A stretch of 64,000 bases of DNA from Barnesiella sp. (GTDB taxonomy: Bacteria; Bacteroidota; Bacteroidia; Bacteroidales; Barnesiellaceae_A). Positions 20,858 to 30,846 of the stretch are shown here, one piece after another. A program made the translations under genes and the position numbers. Position 1 is the stretch's first letter, and the number at the start of each line of letters is the position of its first letter. Where the stretch lies: contig JAZRIS010000017.1 of NCBI GenBank assembly GCA_045645425.1, positions 1,573 to 65,572 on the forward strand, in the 5' to 3' direction. The notes under the pieces were generated by a model. That model saw only the letters and a list, made by a program, of their open reading frames with translations, did not search any database and had not been told where the DNA came from.

Positions 20858-21808
20858 TTACTTCAACTTCAAGACCTGACCGGGACGCAGTATCGAGGTT
20901 TTCTTGATACCGTTGAGGCGACATATCGTATTGACAGTTGTGCCATTGCGCTGTGCTATGCGAGATAGAGTATCGCCCTTGCGCACACGATAGGTAGCGG
21001 CGCCACTGCCAGACGAACTTTTACCGCCATTGCGACCATACTTGGTACCATCGACATGTATGGCCGAGGGGCCGTTGGAAGCCAACAATTTGGGACTGAA
21101 GACCAACTCATTCTTGCGTATAGTCTTGTTGTGAAAGTCAAATATAGCATTGGGATTGATATCCATACCCAAATAGCGAGTTTCAAAGTGCAAGTGAGAG
21201 CCGGTAGAACGACCTGTGTTTCCACCCAAAGCTATGGGCTCACCTGCCTTTACCTCTTGGTCGGGCTTTACCAAAAATTTAGACAAGTGTCCGTATATGG
21301 TTTCCAAACCATTGTTATGGCGCACTATCACATAATAGCCATATCCGCGACGCTCATACTTGGTGAGGCGCACCTTACCATCAAAAGCAGCCCGTATAGT
21401 GTCACCGGTAAGTACCTTGAGGTCTATACCTCGGTGCATGCGACGACGACGCCAGCCATAATTGGAGGTTATGTAACCGTTATGAGGAAGGCAATAGTTC
21501 GATAGGTCTATCACCATCGAATCAGGCAACTCCATTTTCTTGGCTTCGTAAGGGTTTACGCGGTCGCTGCTCCAACTCTCGCCATATAACAAGGCTGCCT
21601 CACTTATCCAAGGCTCGGTTATGAGCAACTCTTTCATCGCTACGGTATCAAGAAGGTTTATCTCCTCATATACCGACGCTTGACCCTGCAAGAGTTGTTG
21701 ATGATGTTGTATATGGACATCGGCAATTTCTTGCGCATGGGCAACCGTAGCCATACCCAATGTAGTGCCGACAAATAGTGTCAAAAGAATGTTTTTCAAT
21801 ACGTTCAT
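20858..21808 (-). CDS. M23 family peptidoglycan endopeptidase with C-terminal LysM
   Basis: HRGID, YGHLS, GNTGRSTGSHLHFE; LysM YRVRKGDTLSRIA...ICRLNGI...GQVLKL. Confidence 0.92.
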   Translation of the reverse strand: MNVLKNILLTLFVGTTLGMATVAHAQEIADVHIQHHQQLLQGQASVYEEINLLDTVAMKELLITEPWISEAALLYGESWSSDRVNPYEAKKMELPDSMVIDLSNYCLPHNGYITSNYGWRRRRMHRGIDLKVLTGDTIRAAFDGKVRLTKYERRGYGYYVIVRHNNGLETIYGHLSKFLVKPDQEVKAGEPIALGGNTGRSTGSHLHFETRYLGMDINPNAIFDFHNKTIRKNELVFSPKLLASNGPSAIHVDGTKYGRNGGKSSSGSGAATYRVRKGDTLSRIAQRNGTTVNTICRLNGIKKTSILRPGQVLKLK

Positions 21809-22081
21809 CTCGTGCTTTTACGATTTCTCAAGGCATTACAAATTGATAGTGAAGACAACTATCACTTCCTATATTGCTCTATGCAATATTTCTCCGAGTG
21901 CAAAGATAAATATTTTACTTACAATCAAATGGCTGATTAATAATATTTTTCGTATCGAATTGGCCAAAACTGATTTTTTGTGTTTTTTTAACACAAACTA
22001 TATTATCACATACAGCATGAAAGCACATAACAATTCATCGGCAAGGCAAAATATTTTACTATTAATACATTAGTAAATTTC

Positions 22082-24178
22082 TCAGCTTATTTGCCCCCAA
22101 TTTACTTTCTTCGAGTAACTACGATGCAACTCTTTGCGCAAGATGTAGTTATGCGACGACTCAAGCAACTCGTCTTTTTCGAGCACCTCTTGCGCTATAT
22201 CACGCGCCAACTGCAATATCTGTCCGTCCTGCGCCAAGTTGGCTATGCGCAATTCAAAGGCTATTCCGCTCTGCTGTGTACCCTCCATATCGCCGGGCCC
22301 GCGCAGGCGCATATCGGCCTCGGCAATAACAAATCCGTCATTGGTTTCGGCCATAATTTCCAATCGTTTACGCGTATCTTGCGCCAAATCATAACGCGAC
22401 ATAAGAATACAATACGATTGCTCTCCGCCACGACCCACACGACCTCTTAATTGGTGCAACTGTGCAAGGCCAAATCGCTCGGCATTCTCTATAACCATTA
22501 CCGTTGCATTGGGCACATTGACACCCACCTCTATTACGGTGGTTGCCACCATTATTTGAGCCTCACGATGCACAAATCGTTGCATTTGCTCCTCTTTCTC
22601 GGCCGGCTTCATCTTGCCATGTACCATGCACACCGTATATTCGGGGAAAGTGTTTTTGACTGTTTCAAATCCCTCCAAGAGGCTCTTCATATCGCTCTTT
22701 TCGCTCTCCTCGATAAGGGGATATACAATATAGACTTGTCGCCCCATCTGCAACTGACGACGCAACGATTGGTTGAGTTGTGCTCGCTTATTGTCATATT
22801 GCAAGAGGGTATGTATAGGCTTGCGACCGGGAGGTAATTGTTTGATAACCGACACATCAAGGTCGCCATATACAGTCATGGCAAGGGTGCGCGGTATGGG
22901 AGTGGCTGTCATCACCAACACATGTGGAGGTATGCTGTTTTTGCCCCACAACTTGGCTCGCTGTGCAACGCCAAATCGATGTTGCTCATCAATAATAACC
23001 ATACCGAGGTTGTTGAAAACAACACCCTCCTCAAGCAATGCATGCGTACCTATAAGAATGCGCACATCGCCCGAAGCCAAGCCTGCCAAGATGGGCTCTC
23101 GCTCACGCTTACGACGCGAGCCGGTGAGCAACTCCACTCGCAACCCCAATGGCATGAGCAACTCGGAGATGTTTTCATAATGCTGCGCTGCCAATATTTC
23201 GGTAGGTGCCATGATACATGCCTGATAGCCATTATCTATTGCCATCAAGGCTGTCATCAATGCCACTATCGTCTTTCCGCTACCCACATCACCTTGTAGC
23301 AAGCGATTCATTTGCCGACCGCTACCCACATCATTGCGTATATCTCGCAACACTTGTTTCTGATCGTCGGTGAGCGAAAATGGCAATATTTCCTTGTAAA
23401 AACGATTGAAATACTCGCCTATGCGGGCAAAGCGAAATCCGCCCAAGTTGCGAGTGCGCATGCGGGCATAACGCAAGATATGGAGTTGCAGATAAAAAAG
23501 TTCCTCAAATTTCAAGCGGAATTGCGCTCGGCGCATATCCTCAACCGTGCGGGGAAAATGAATGTAACACAACGCATCATTGAGTCCTATAACCTTGGCG
23601 CGTTCTATTACTTCCGAGGTGAGTGTTTCTTCAAGAGGCCCATGTATAGAGTTCCACAACGAATATATCATCTTGTGCAATGTCTTTGAATTGACAAAGG
23701 CTGTTTTCATCCGCTCCGTTGTGTTGTAATAACCTTGCAACCCTATATTCTTATCTATAATATCATCCACAAGGTCAATCTCGGGATGGGCTATATTGTA
23801 TCGACCATTGAAGAGCGTAGGCTTGCCAAAGAGAGTATAATCTACCCCTACTTTATATCGCTCGGTCACATAGCGAATACCCTTGAACCACACCAAATCT
23901 ACACTGCCCGTACCATCGCTGAACACAGCTATAAGCCGGCGACGAGCCCCCTCGCCTTGCGTCGTATATGACACAATGCGTCCTCGCAACTGTATGTAGG
24001 GCATCGACCCCGTTATCTCACTGATACGATAGGTCTTGCTACGATCGATGTATTTGTATGGGAAATAATACAACAAGTCGCGATATGAGCGAATACCCAA
24101 TTCGCGAGCCAACAACTCGGCTCGTTTGGGGCCCACTCCGGGCAGATACTTTATGTCAAGGTCGCTCAACTCGGGCAT
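22082..24178 (-). CDS. recG: ATP-dependent DNA helicase RecG
   Basis: GVGPKRA, RLKFEE, LQGDVGSGKT, DEQHRFG, MTATPIPRT, QLHQLRGRVGRG. Confidence 0.97.
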   Translation of the reverse strand: MPELSDLDIKYLPGVGPKRAELLARELGIRSYRDLLYYFPYKYIDRSKTYRISEITGSMPYIQLRGRIVSYTTQGEGARRRLIAVFSDGTGSVDLVWFKGIRYVTERYKVGVDYTLFGKPTLFNGRYNIAHPEIDLVDDIIDKNIGLQGYYNTTERMKTAFVNSKTLHKMIYSLWNSIHGPLEETLTSEVIERAKVIGLNDALCYIHFPRTVEDMRRAQFRLKFEELFYLQLHILRYARMRTRNLGGFRFARIGEYFNRFYKEILPFSLTDDQKQVLRDIRNDVGSGRQMNRLLQGDVGSGKTIVALMTALMAIDNGYQACIMAPTEILAAQHYENISELLMPLGLRVELLTGSRRKREREPILAGLASGDVRILIGTHALLEEGVVFNNLGMVIIDEQHRFGVAQRAKLWGKNSIPPHVLVMTATPIPRTLAMTVYGDLDVSVIKQLPPGRKPIHTLLQYDNKRAQLNQSLRRQLQMGRQVYIVYPLIEESEKSDMKSLLEGFETVKNTFPEYTVCMVHGKMKPAEKEEQMQRFVHREAQIMVATTVIEVGVNVPNATVMVIENAERFGLAQLHQLRGRVGRGGEQSYCILMSRYDLAQDTRKRLEIMAETNDGFVIAEADMRLRGPGDMEGTQQSGIAFELRIANLAQDGQILQLARDIAQEVLEKDELLESSHNYILRKELHRSYSKKVNWGQIS

Positions 24179-24180
24179 GA

Positions 24181-24855
24181 CTACGATTGGGCTATTATTA
24201 TTTCGGCAAGTGCAATATCTTGCGGTATCGTTATTTTTATATTCTCTCTATTGCCCTCAACAAGAGTTATGGTATTTCCTGCCGCCTCATATACCGAGGC
24301 ATCATCGGTAAACTCGGCTCGATAGGCAACGGAATAGGCGGCTTTCAACAATGTTGAGTCAAATACTTGCGGTGTTTGCACGGCTCGATAGGCACTGCGA
24401 TCGACAGCGTGCGAAATATCGCCGACAACACACCTCAAACTCTCTACAACGGGCATAACGGGAATGGCCGAGCCACAGCGGTGTGCTACGGCAAAGGCAT
24501 TACGCACAACAGTGGCCGACACCAATGGGCGCACACCATCGTGAATGGCAACCAAAGCCCCTTGGGGCACATGAGCCAACGCATTGCATACGGTGTGAAA
24601 ACGGGTTTCGCCACCATCTACAATGCTATGTTTGCGAGTATAGCCATACTTCTCGCACAGTCGCATCCACTCTTCTTGTTGGTCATGCGGCAAGGCAAGT
24701 ATGAGCGAAGCATCCGGCTCTGCGATTGCCATGCGGTCGAGCGTGTGCATCAGCACAGTCTTACCGGCCAATGGCAAGAACTGCTTGGGCACATCACCGC
24801 CCATGCGCAAGCCTCGCCCTCCGGCTACTACTATTATATACTTTTCGGTTGCCAT
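24181..24855 (-). CDS. ispD: 2-C-methyl-D-erythritol 4-phosphate cytidylyltransferase
   Basis: AGGRGLRMG..PKQF, GGETRF, IHDGVRP, QTPQ, TDDAS, NIKIT. Confidence 0.95.
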   Translation of the reverse strand: MATEKYIIVVAGGRGLRMGGDVPKQFLPLAGKTVLMHTLDRMAIAEPDASLILALPHDQQEEWMRLCEKYGYTRKHSIVDGGETRFHTVCNALAHVPQGALVAIHDGVRPLVSATVVRNAFAVAHRCGSAIPVMPVVESLRCVVGDISHAVDRSAYRAVQTPQVFDSTLLKAAYSVAYRAEFTDDASVYEAAGNTITLVEGNRENIKITIPQDIALAEIIIAQS

Positions 24856-24950
24856 AAAATATCTTCTTTTTAGCCGTTACAAACTTAACAAAAAAACGCC
24901 GTAATAACCAATGCCAAGGATAAAAATGCACCTCATTGCATGCGCAACTG

Positions 24951-26102
24951 TTATCTCTTTTTCTTTGCAATCTTCTTACTCGACTTCTTCTTGCGCGAGA
25001 ACAGTCGTTTTATCCACATATAATAGCCTGTCAATGGCAATGTTGCGCCCAATATTGCTACTACAAATGTGAGTATCCGGGAGGGCAATCCTGCCCAATT
25101 ACCAACGTGTATCGAATACACCAATCCTCTCATACGGCTCGACACAGAAGTATCATCATACGACACACACGAGGTTAATTGACCTGTCCTTTTGTCAAAC
25201 GTGTAGTTATCAGCGGCATTCTGATTTCCTATATGACGACGTTTTACCTTTACTTTTCCATCTGATAGTGTTATAGAAGCATAGCTACGATAGGTCTGCG
25301 CCATCTGCTCATACACTCCTTGCCAACATCCGTATGGCAAATATGCACTTTTATCATCTATCGCATCGCCTTTATCAATGGTATAAGAGCGAATGGGTGA
25401 TGTTGCAGAAACTTGTGGCACACTATTGAGCACTTTGTAAAACATCTTGCTGTACCAAGGGAACGACCAAGTAAGCCCCGTGAGAGCCAACGCAAGAAGA
25501 AAGAGCCACACATATATACCACCAACGATATGGGTATCTATCCAGAAGCGCGACCAGCCCTTGCTACAATGTATTGTGACAAGATTGCTCAAAGACTTGA
25601 ACGACGTAGGCCACCACAGCACAACGCCTGTAAGCAGTATAAATACAAATAGCAATGTACTCACACCTACAATACTTTTTCCCCAGAAAATGCCACTATC
25701 GGCATCGCGCTTATCGAGCAAAAAGCGGTGCAAACGCAACACAGTCGCAAAGAATGGAAGACGTGCGCTGCTACCGGTTACTTCTCCGGTATATTGATTG
25801 ACACAGATTGTTGCTCGCCGAGGTTTTGAAAGAGAAAACGTGTATGTTCGCTTGGGGTTGGATGTAATAGACACACTTGCAATAGTGACACCCTCATCGA
25901 GTGTCGAGGCTATTTGCGGCACCAACTTATCGAGAGGGATGGGAGCCTCCTTAACCTCCTTGACATAAAGTATATCCCTCTGCACAATCTTGGTAATATC
26001 TTGTTCCAAGAGAAGTATTGCCCCCGTAAGACAAGTAATAGTTATCACCAGTCCAAATGGCAACGACAGCCACAAGTGTATATGTCTGAATATCTTCTTC
26101 AT
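24951..26102 (-). CDS. PepSY-associated TM helix domain protein
   Basis: IHLWLSLP.G...CLTGA, NQYTGEV, LHR.L, H...G, LTGLTWSF, SIHVG, TGYYMW. Confidence 0.88.
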   Translation of the reverse strand: MKKIFRHIHLWLSLPFGLVITITCLTGAILLLEQDITKIVQRDILYVKEVKEAPIPLDKLVPQIASTLDEGVTIASVSITSNPKRTYTFSLSKPRRATICVNQYTGEVTGSSARLPFFATVLRLHRFLLDKRDADSGIFWGKSIVGVSTLLFVFILLTGVVLWWPTSFKSLSNLVTIHCSKGWSRFWIDTHIVGGIYVWLFLLALALTGLTWSFPWYSKMFYKVLNSVPQVSATSPIRSYTIDKGDAIDDKSAYLPYGCWQGVYEQMAQTYRSYASITLSDGKVKVKRRHIGNQNAADNYTFDKRTGQLTSCVSYDDTSVSSRMRGLVYSIHVGNWAGLPSRILTFVVAILGATLPLTGYYMWIKRLFSRKKKSSKKIAKKKR

Positions 26103-26408
26103 CTACTCCACAAAACAATAAAATGGATATTATAAAAACGCTCTATGCAAACATATAAAAAAACATCGAAATAATCAACAACAATCAACAGCGCCCAATA
26201 CAATCGCCCTCGTCAGGCACTCTATTACACCCTATAAATATATGTTATCACATAGATGATTTAAAAAAAATCATTAGATTTGCATAAAGATTATACAATC
26301 ACGACAAAACACATTACTCTCTCTTCTACCATCCTTGACAACAATAGACATACAATCATGAGATCGTAGCGCCGGAGCGGTAATAGAATAAATAAAACAT
26401 CCACAGCC

Positions 26409-27266
26409 ATGCCATACCTCATTATCGCCATCACCTTCGGGTCGCTGTTTGCCATCCTGTTCAAGATATTTCAGCGACGAGGCATCGACACCTTGCAGGC
26501 CATCGCTATCAACTATCTTGTTGCTTTCGTTATAGGCGTGCTGGGCAATGTGTCGCAAGGTGGCTCGGCAGTTGCCACAGACTCTTGGATAGTACCCGCA
26601 ATCTTTGTAGGCCTGTTTATGATGGCATCGTTTGTCACCATGAACATGGCAACCCGCTCTCACGGCATAGCGATAGCCACAATCGCAGCTCGTGTGGCAT
26701 TTATCATACCTGTATTATGTGCATACATTTTTCTGCAAGGCGACGAACCTCAATGGCTTGCGTCGGGCTTGGTCATAGCATCGCTCATGCTCATATTCCC
26801 TCAACAAGAAAAGGTAAAAACAAGTACCGCACAATGGGCATATCCCCTACTCACATTTGCATGTTACGGCATTACCAACTTTCTGCTCAAACTATGCCAG
26901 CAAATAGCATCGACAGCCGGCGGTAATGATGCCGACCTGAGCCTCATCACAGCCGTGGCATTCTTGTCGGCCATGCTTTTTACGCTGCTATATTATTGCA
27001 CACGCTCCCACGCACAACGCACTCGCATCACATGGCTCAATATTGCAGCCGGCACGGTGCTGGGATGTGTCAATGTGGGATGCACCTACTTCCTTCTCAA
27101 GTCGCTTATGGTTATAGACAGTGGCATATTCTACCCTGTATATAACATTGCCATCGTGACGATTGCCACTCTTGTAGGTCGCATAGGCTTTGGCGAGCGC
27201 CTCACAGCAATGCAATATGTCGGCATCGCCGTAGCCATTTGCGCCATTATACTATTCTTCGGTTAA
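26409..27266 (+). CDS. DMT/EamA-type membrane transporter
   Basis: About 10 TM helices in two repeats; AIAINY, F.E.L...Q..G. Confidence 0.8.
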   Translation: MPYLIIAITFGSLFAILFKIFQRRGIDTLQAIAINYLVAFVIGVLGNVSQGGSAVATDSWIVPAIFVGLFMMASFVTMNMATRSHGIAIATIAARVAFIIPVLCAYIFLQGDEPQWLASGLVIASLMLIFPQQEKVKTSTAQWAYPLLTFACYGITNFLLKLCQQIASTAGGNDADLSLITAVAFLSAMLFTLLYYCTRSHAQRTRITWLNIAAGTVLGCVNVGCTYFLLKSLMVIDSGIFYPVYNIAIVTIATLVGRIGFGERLTAMQYVGIAVAICAIILFFG

Positions 27267-27285
27267 GAAACCCCATTGTAGAAAC

Positions 27286-27319
27286 AAAAAACCGCACTGT
27301 CAATGACAATGCGGTTTTT
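27286..27319. terminator. Bidirectional intrinsic terminator between EamA and rplS
   Basis: AAAAAACCGCA...TGCGGTTTTT between convergent genes. Confidence 0.8.
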
Positions 27320-27344
27320 ATTTTGCAAAGCGTTGTGCCTTGTA

Positions 27345-27695
27345 TTAGACACGTTTTTCGCGGATGCGAGCTTTTTTACCGGTAAGTTTGCGCAAGTAGT
27401 ACAATTTAGCACGACGCACTTTACCACGACGGTTGATAACGATTTTCTCCAAGAAGGGAGAGTCGAGGGGGAAGATACGCTCTACACCTACGTTACCAGA
27501 CATCTTGCGTACGGTGAAACGTTTCTTGTCACCATGACCCGAAATGCGAATTACATCGCCACGGAAATCTTGAATACGCTCTTTGTTACCCTCTTGAATG
27601 CGGTAAGATACTGTGATAGTATCACCACTCTTAAATTCGGGGTGTTGTTTCTTTTCTGAAGCAAAAGCTTCTTCTACAATCTTAATAAAATCCAT
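27345..27695 (-). CDS. rplS: 50S ribosomal protein L19
   Basis: PEFKSGDTITV, EGNKERIQ, FTVRKMS..VGVERIFP, GKVRRAKLYYLR; start MDFIKIVEE at 27695. Confidence 0.97.
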   Translation of the reverse strand: MDFIKIVEEAFASEKKQHPEFKSGDTITVSYRIQEGNKERIQDFRGDVIRISGHGDKKRFTVRKMSGNVGVERIFPLDSPFLEKIVINRRGKVRRAKLYYLRKLTGKKARIREKRV

Positions 27696-27869
27696 TTTTA
27701 TAGCTATTAAAATGTTATTTTCGCAATATTCACAGGCCACTTGCACTGCCAGAGATTACGAAATGCGGCGCAAAGTAACACATTTTTATTGACATACACA
27801 AGTTTTGAGCTGCTATTTTTTGCGCTCCGCATCGTGCGTCACTGCCTCATAGGCACACAGCCTACTGTG

Positions 27870-28463
27870 TTACTTTTGCAACTTGGCCTTTACGGGTTTC
27901 TCCAATCCGGGAATACCTCTAAACTTCACGTCAAACACGAGTGTCGAGTATGGCAACAACAAATCGGAAGTGTAGGCATCGCCATATCCACACGAATGGG
28001 GAATGATAATCTCGCAATGATCGCCCACATGCATATTGGTGAGGGCGATGACCCATCCCTTTATATTGTTGGATAGTTGCGAGCGATATATACTATCGCC
28101 ATGCTGTGTGTTGTCGAAAGAGGAGTCAAAGACATCGCCCTTATAGGTTGTACCTTTATAGATAACATCTATATAACTTGTAGAGATAGGCTGTGGCTCA
28201 TCTTGTGTAAGGGCGCGGTCGTTATACCAGCGCATAAGGATAGTAGAGCCGGCATCCCACGAGGGAGTAACACGCTCATAGACAAGGCGACCGGTAGAGT
28301 CGGTTTGGGCATATTTCTCTTCAAAGAATGCTTGATTGTCCTTGCGCCAATTGGCATATTCTTCCCAATAATTTACAGGCTCATCCTCTTTCTTCTTTTC
28401 CTCACACGACGTTGCTACGCCGAGGAAGATAATGAGTAAAGCCCATGACAGAATTTTCTTCAT
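27870..28463 (-). CDS. FKBP-type peptidyl-prolyl isomerase lipoprotein
   Basis: Lipobox ATSC; V.YKG....G.VFDSS, IKGW..AL..M.VGD, GYG, PYSTLVFDV. Confidence 0.9.
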   Translation of the reverse strand: MKKILSWALLIIFLGVATSCEEKKKEDEPVNYWEEYANWRKDNQAFFEEKYAQTDSTGRLVYERVTPSWDAGSTILMRWYNDRALTQDEPQPISTSYIDVIYKGTTYKGDVFDSSFDNTQHGDSIYRSQLSNNIKGWVIALTNMHVGDHCEIIIPHSCGYGDAYTSDLLLPYSTLVFDVKFRGIPGLEKPVKAKLQK

Positions 28464-28484
28464 CTTCTCACAATTATGACATTA

Positions 28485-29066
28485 TCAAAACTCTACAACA
28501 GGAGCTTTTTCAGCACCGCTCTCGGCTGCAAATTGCGGTTTGGCATCAAAACCAAATATCTTGGCTGTAATAACAGCAGGGAACTTGCGTATCTTGGCGT
28601 TATATTGAGCCACCATTTCGCTATATCGACCACGCTCGGTAGCGATGCGATTTTCGGTACCTTCAAGTTGTGCTTGCAAGTCCCTAAAGTTCTCATTGGC
28701 CTTGAGGTCGGGATAATTTTCTGTAACAGCCAACAATCGTCCCAATGCTGCACTCAACTCGCCTTGCGCCTCTTGATAGGCTTTAAGCCCCTCTTCGGTG
28801 AGATTTTCGGCATCAATAGTCACTTGGGTAGCTTTGGCACGAGCTTCCACTACAGCCTCAAGGGTACCTGCCTCATGTGCGGCATATCCCTTGACGGTAT
28901 TGACAAGGTTGGGTATAAGATCGGCACGGCGTTGGTATTGATTTTCCACCTTGGCCCATTGTGCTTTGACATTCTCATCGGCTTCAACCATACTGTTGTA
29001 GCTGCACGATGTGAGCGACATGGCAAGTGCCACCATCGCAAATAGCGATATTATAACTCTTTTCAT
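28485..29066 (-). CDS. LemA family protein
   Basis: YNSMV..DE.V.AQW..VENQYQRRADLIPNLV.TVKGY, ENYPDLKA, LEGTENRI. Confidence 0.93.
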   Translation of the reverse strand: MKRVIISLFAMVALAMSLTSCSYNSMVEADENVKAQWAKVENQYQRRADLIPNLVNTVKGYAAHEAGTLEAVVEARAKATQVTIDAENLTEEGLKAYQEAQGELSAALGRLLAVTENYPDLKANENFRDLQAQLEGTENRIATERGRYSEMVAQYNAKIRKFPAVITAKIFGFDAKPQFAAESGAEKAPVVEF

Positions 29067-29081
29067 ATCTTCGAGGTTTTA

Positions 29082-30626
29082 TTATTCTACAATTTTTTGC
29101 AACAAACTGCGGAAGCTCACCTTCTCGCCGATGAGAGCATGCAACTCATCGATAGAAACACGATGTTGTTCCATGCTGTCGCGCTCACGCAATGTCACTG
29201 TATTGTCTTCGAGTGTTTGATGATCGACAGTGACACAGAAGGGAGTACCTATTGCATCTTGGCGACGATAGCGTTTTCCGATAGAATCCTTTTCGTCATA
29301 TTGGCAACGATAGTCAAATTTGAGGCGATTGATTATCTCCTCGGCCTTTTCGGGCAGACCATCCTTGCGCACAAGAGGCATCACAGCCACCTTAACAGGT
29401 GCAAGAGCCGCAGGAAGTTGCAACACTACACGCATCTCGCCATTTTCGAGTTGCTCTTCCTTGTAGGCGGCAGCCAACACACTGAGGAACATACGATCGA
29501 CACCTATCGATGTTTCTATCACATAGGGTGTATATGACTCTTTCAATTCGGGATCGAAATATTGTATTTTTTTGCCCGAGAACTTCTCATGTTGGCTCAA
29601 ATCGAAGTCGGTGCGTGAGTGAATACCTTCAACCTCTTTGAAGCCAAAGGGCATCTCAAACTCTATATCGGTAGCGGCGTTGGCATAGTGAGCCAACTTC
29701 TCATGGTCGTGGTAGCGATACTTATGGTCGCCCAATCCGAGAGCCTTGTGCCAACGCAAGCGGAACTCCTTCCAATGATTAAACCAATTCATCTCTTCTC
29801 CGGGACGTACAAAGAATTGCATCTCCATTTGCTCAAACTCGCGCATACGGAAGATAAATTGACGTGCCACAATCTCATTGCGGAAAGCCTTACCTATCTG
29901 AGCAATACCGAAGGGGATGCGCATACGTCCTGTTTTTTGTACATTGAGGAAGTTTACAAATATACCTTGTGCTGTTTCGGGGCGAAGATATACTTTCATG
30001 GCTCCATCGGCAGTAGAGCCCATGTCGGTAGAGAACATCAAGTTAAATTGACGCACGTCGGTCCAGTTTTTTGTACCACTGATAGGACACACAATCTCTT
30101 GGTCGATGATTATCTGACGCAACTCTTCGAGATTCATATCGGCCATTGCATTGGCAAAACGCTCATGCAAAGCATCGCGCTTGGCAACATTCTCAAGCAC
30201 ACGAGGATTGGTGGCGCGGAACATCTGTTCATCAAAGTTCTCACCAAATCTTTTGCGAGCCTTTTCTACCTCTTTGTCTATTTTCTCGTCATACTTGGCA
30301 ATGCAATCTTCGATGAGCACATCGGCACGATAACGCTTCTTCGAGTCGCGATTGTCTATAAGGGGATCATTAAAAGCATCTACGTGACCCGATGCCTTCC
30401 AGATAGTAGGGTGCATAAATACTGCCGAGTCAATACCTACGATATTGTCATTGAGCAATGTCATGCTATCCCACCAATAGCGTTTGATATTGTTTTTCAA
30501 CTCAACACCCATCTGACCGTAGTCATATACAGCTGCCAAGCCATCATATATTTCACTTGAGGGGAATACATATCCATACTCTTTACAATGCGATACGAGT
30601 TTCTTGAAAACGTCTTCTTGTGCCAT
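29082..30626 (-). CDS. glyQS: Glycine--tRNA ligase (single-subunit type)
   Basis: SEIYDG..YDYG, YLRPETAQGIF, GKAFRNEI, FRMREFEQME, SIGKRYRRQD. Confidence 0.96.
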   Translation of the reverse strand: MAQEDVFKKLVSHCKEYGYVFPSSEIYDGLAAVYDYGQMGVELKNNIKRYWWDSMTLLNDNIVGIDSAVFMHPTIWKASGHVDAFNDPLIDNRDSKKRYRADVLIEDCIAKYDEKIDKEVEKARKRFGENFDEQMFRATNPRVLENVAKRDALHERFANAMADMNLEELRQIIIDQEIVCPISGTKNWTDVRQFNLMFSTDMGSTADGAMKVYLRPETAQGIFVNFLNVQKTGRMRIPFGIAQIGKAFRNEIVARQFIFRMREFEQMEMQFFVRPGEEMNWFNHWKEFRLRWHKALGLGDHKYRYHDHEKLAHYANAATDIEFEMPFGFKEVEGIHSRTDFDLSQHEKFSGKKIQYFDPELKESYTPYVIETSIGVDRMFLSVLAAAYKEEQLENGEMRVVLQLPAALAPVKVAVMPLVRKDGLPEKAEEIINRLKFDYRCQYDEKDSIGKRYRRQDAIGTPFCVTVDHQTLEDNTVTLRERDSMEQHRVSIDELHALIGEKVSFRSLLQKIVE

Positions 30627-30728
30627 ATTTCTTTTTTTACTTTAGTATTATCAAAAAAATTTGCGAGCGGTTGCATCAACTACTCAAATTTAAACTGCAA
30701 AGTAAGTGATTTTTTTCGATTTAATTTG

Positions 30729-30736
30729 TATTTTTG
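30729..30736 (+). promoter_or_regulatory. -7 element for the parC operon (divergent from glyQS)
   Basis: TATTTTTG in the glyQS/parC intergenic region. Confidence 0.55.
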
Positions 30737-30846
30737 CACTTGGTTGTTCGTTTTGTGACACAAAAAAGCTAAAAACACGCATATAGAAGCTTTTAACAAG
30801 CACAAAGACACCATTGCATATACCCCAAAAACAAAAATTACCACCA

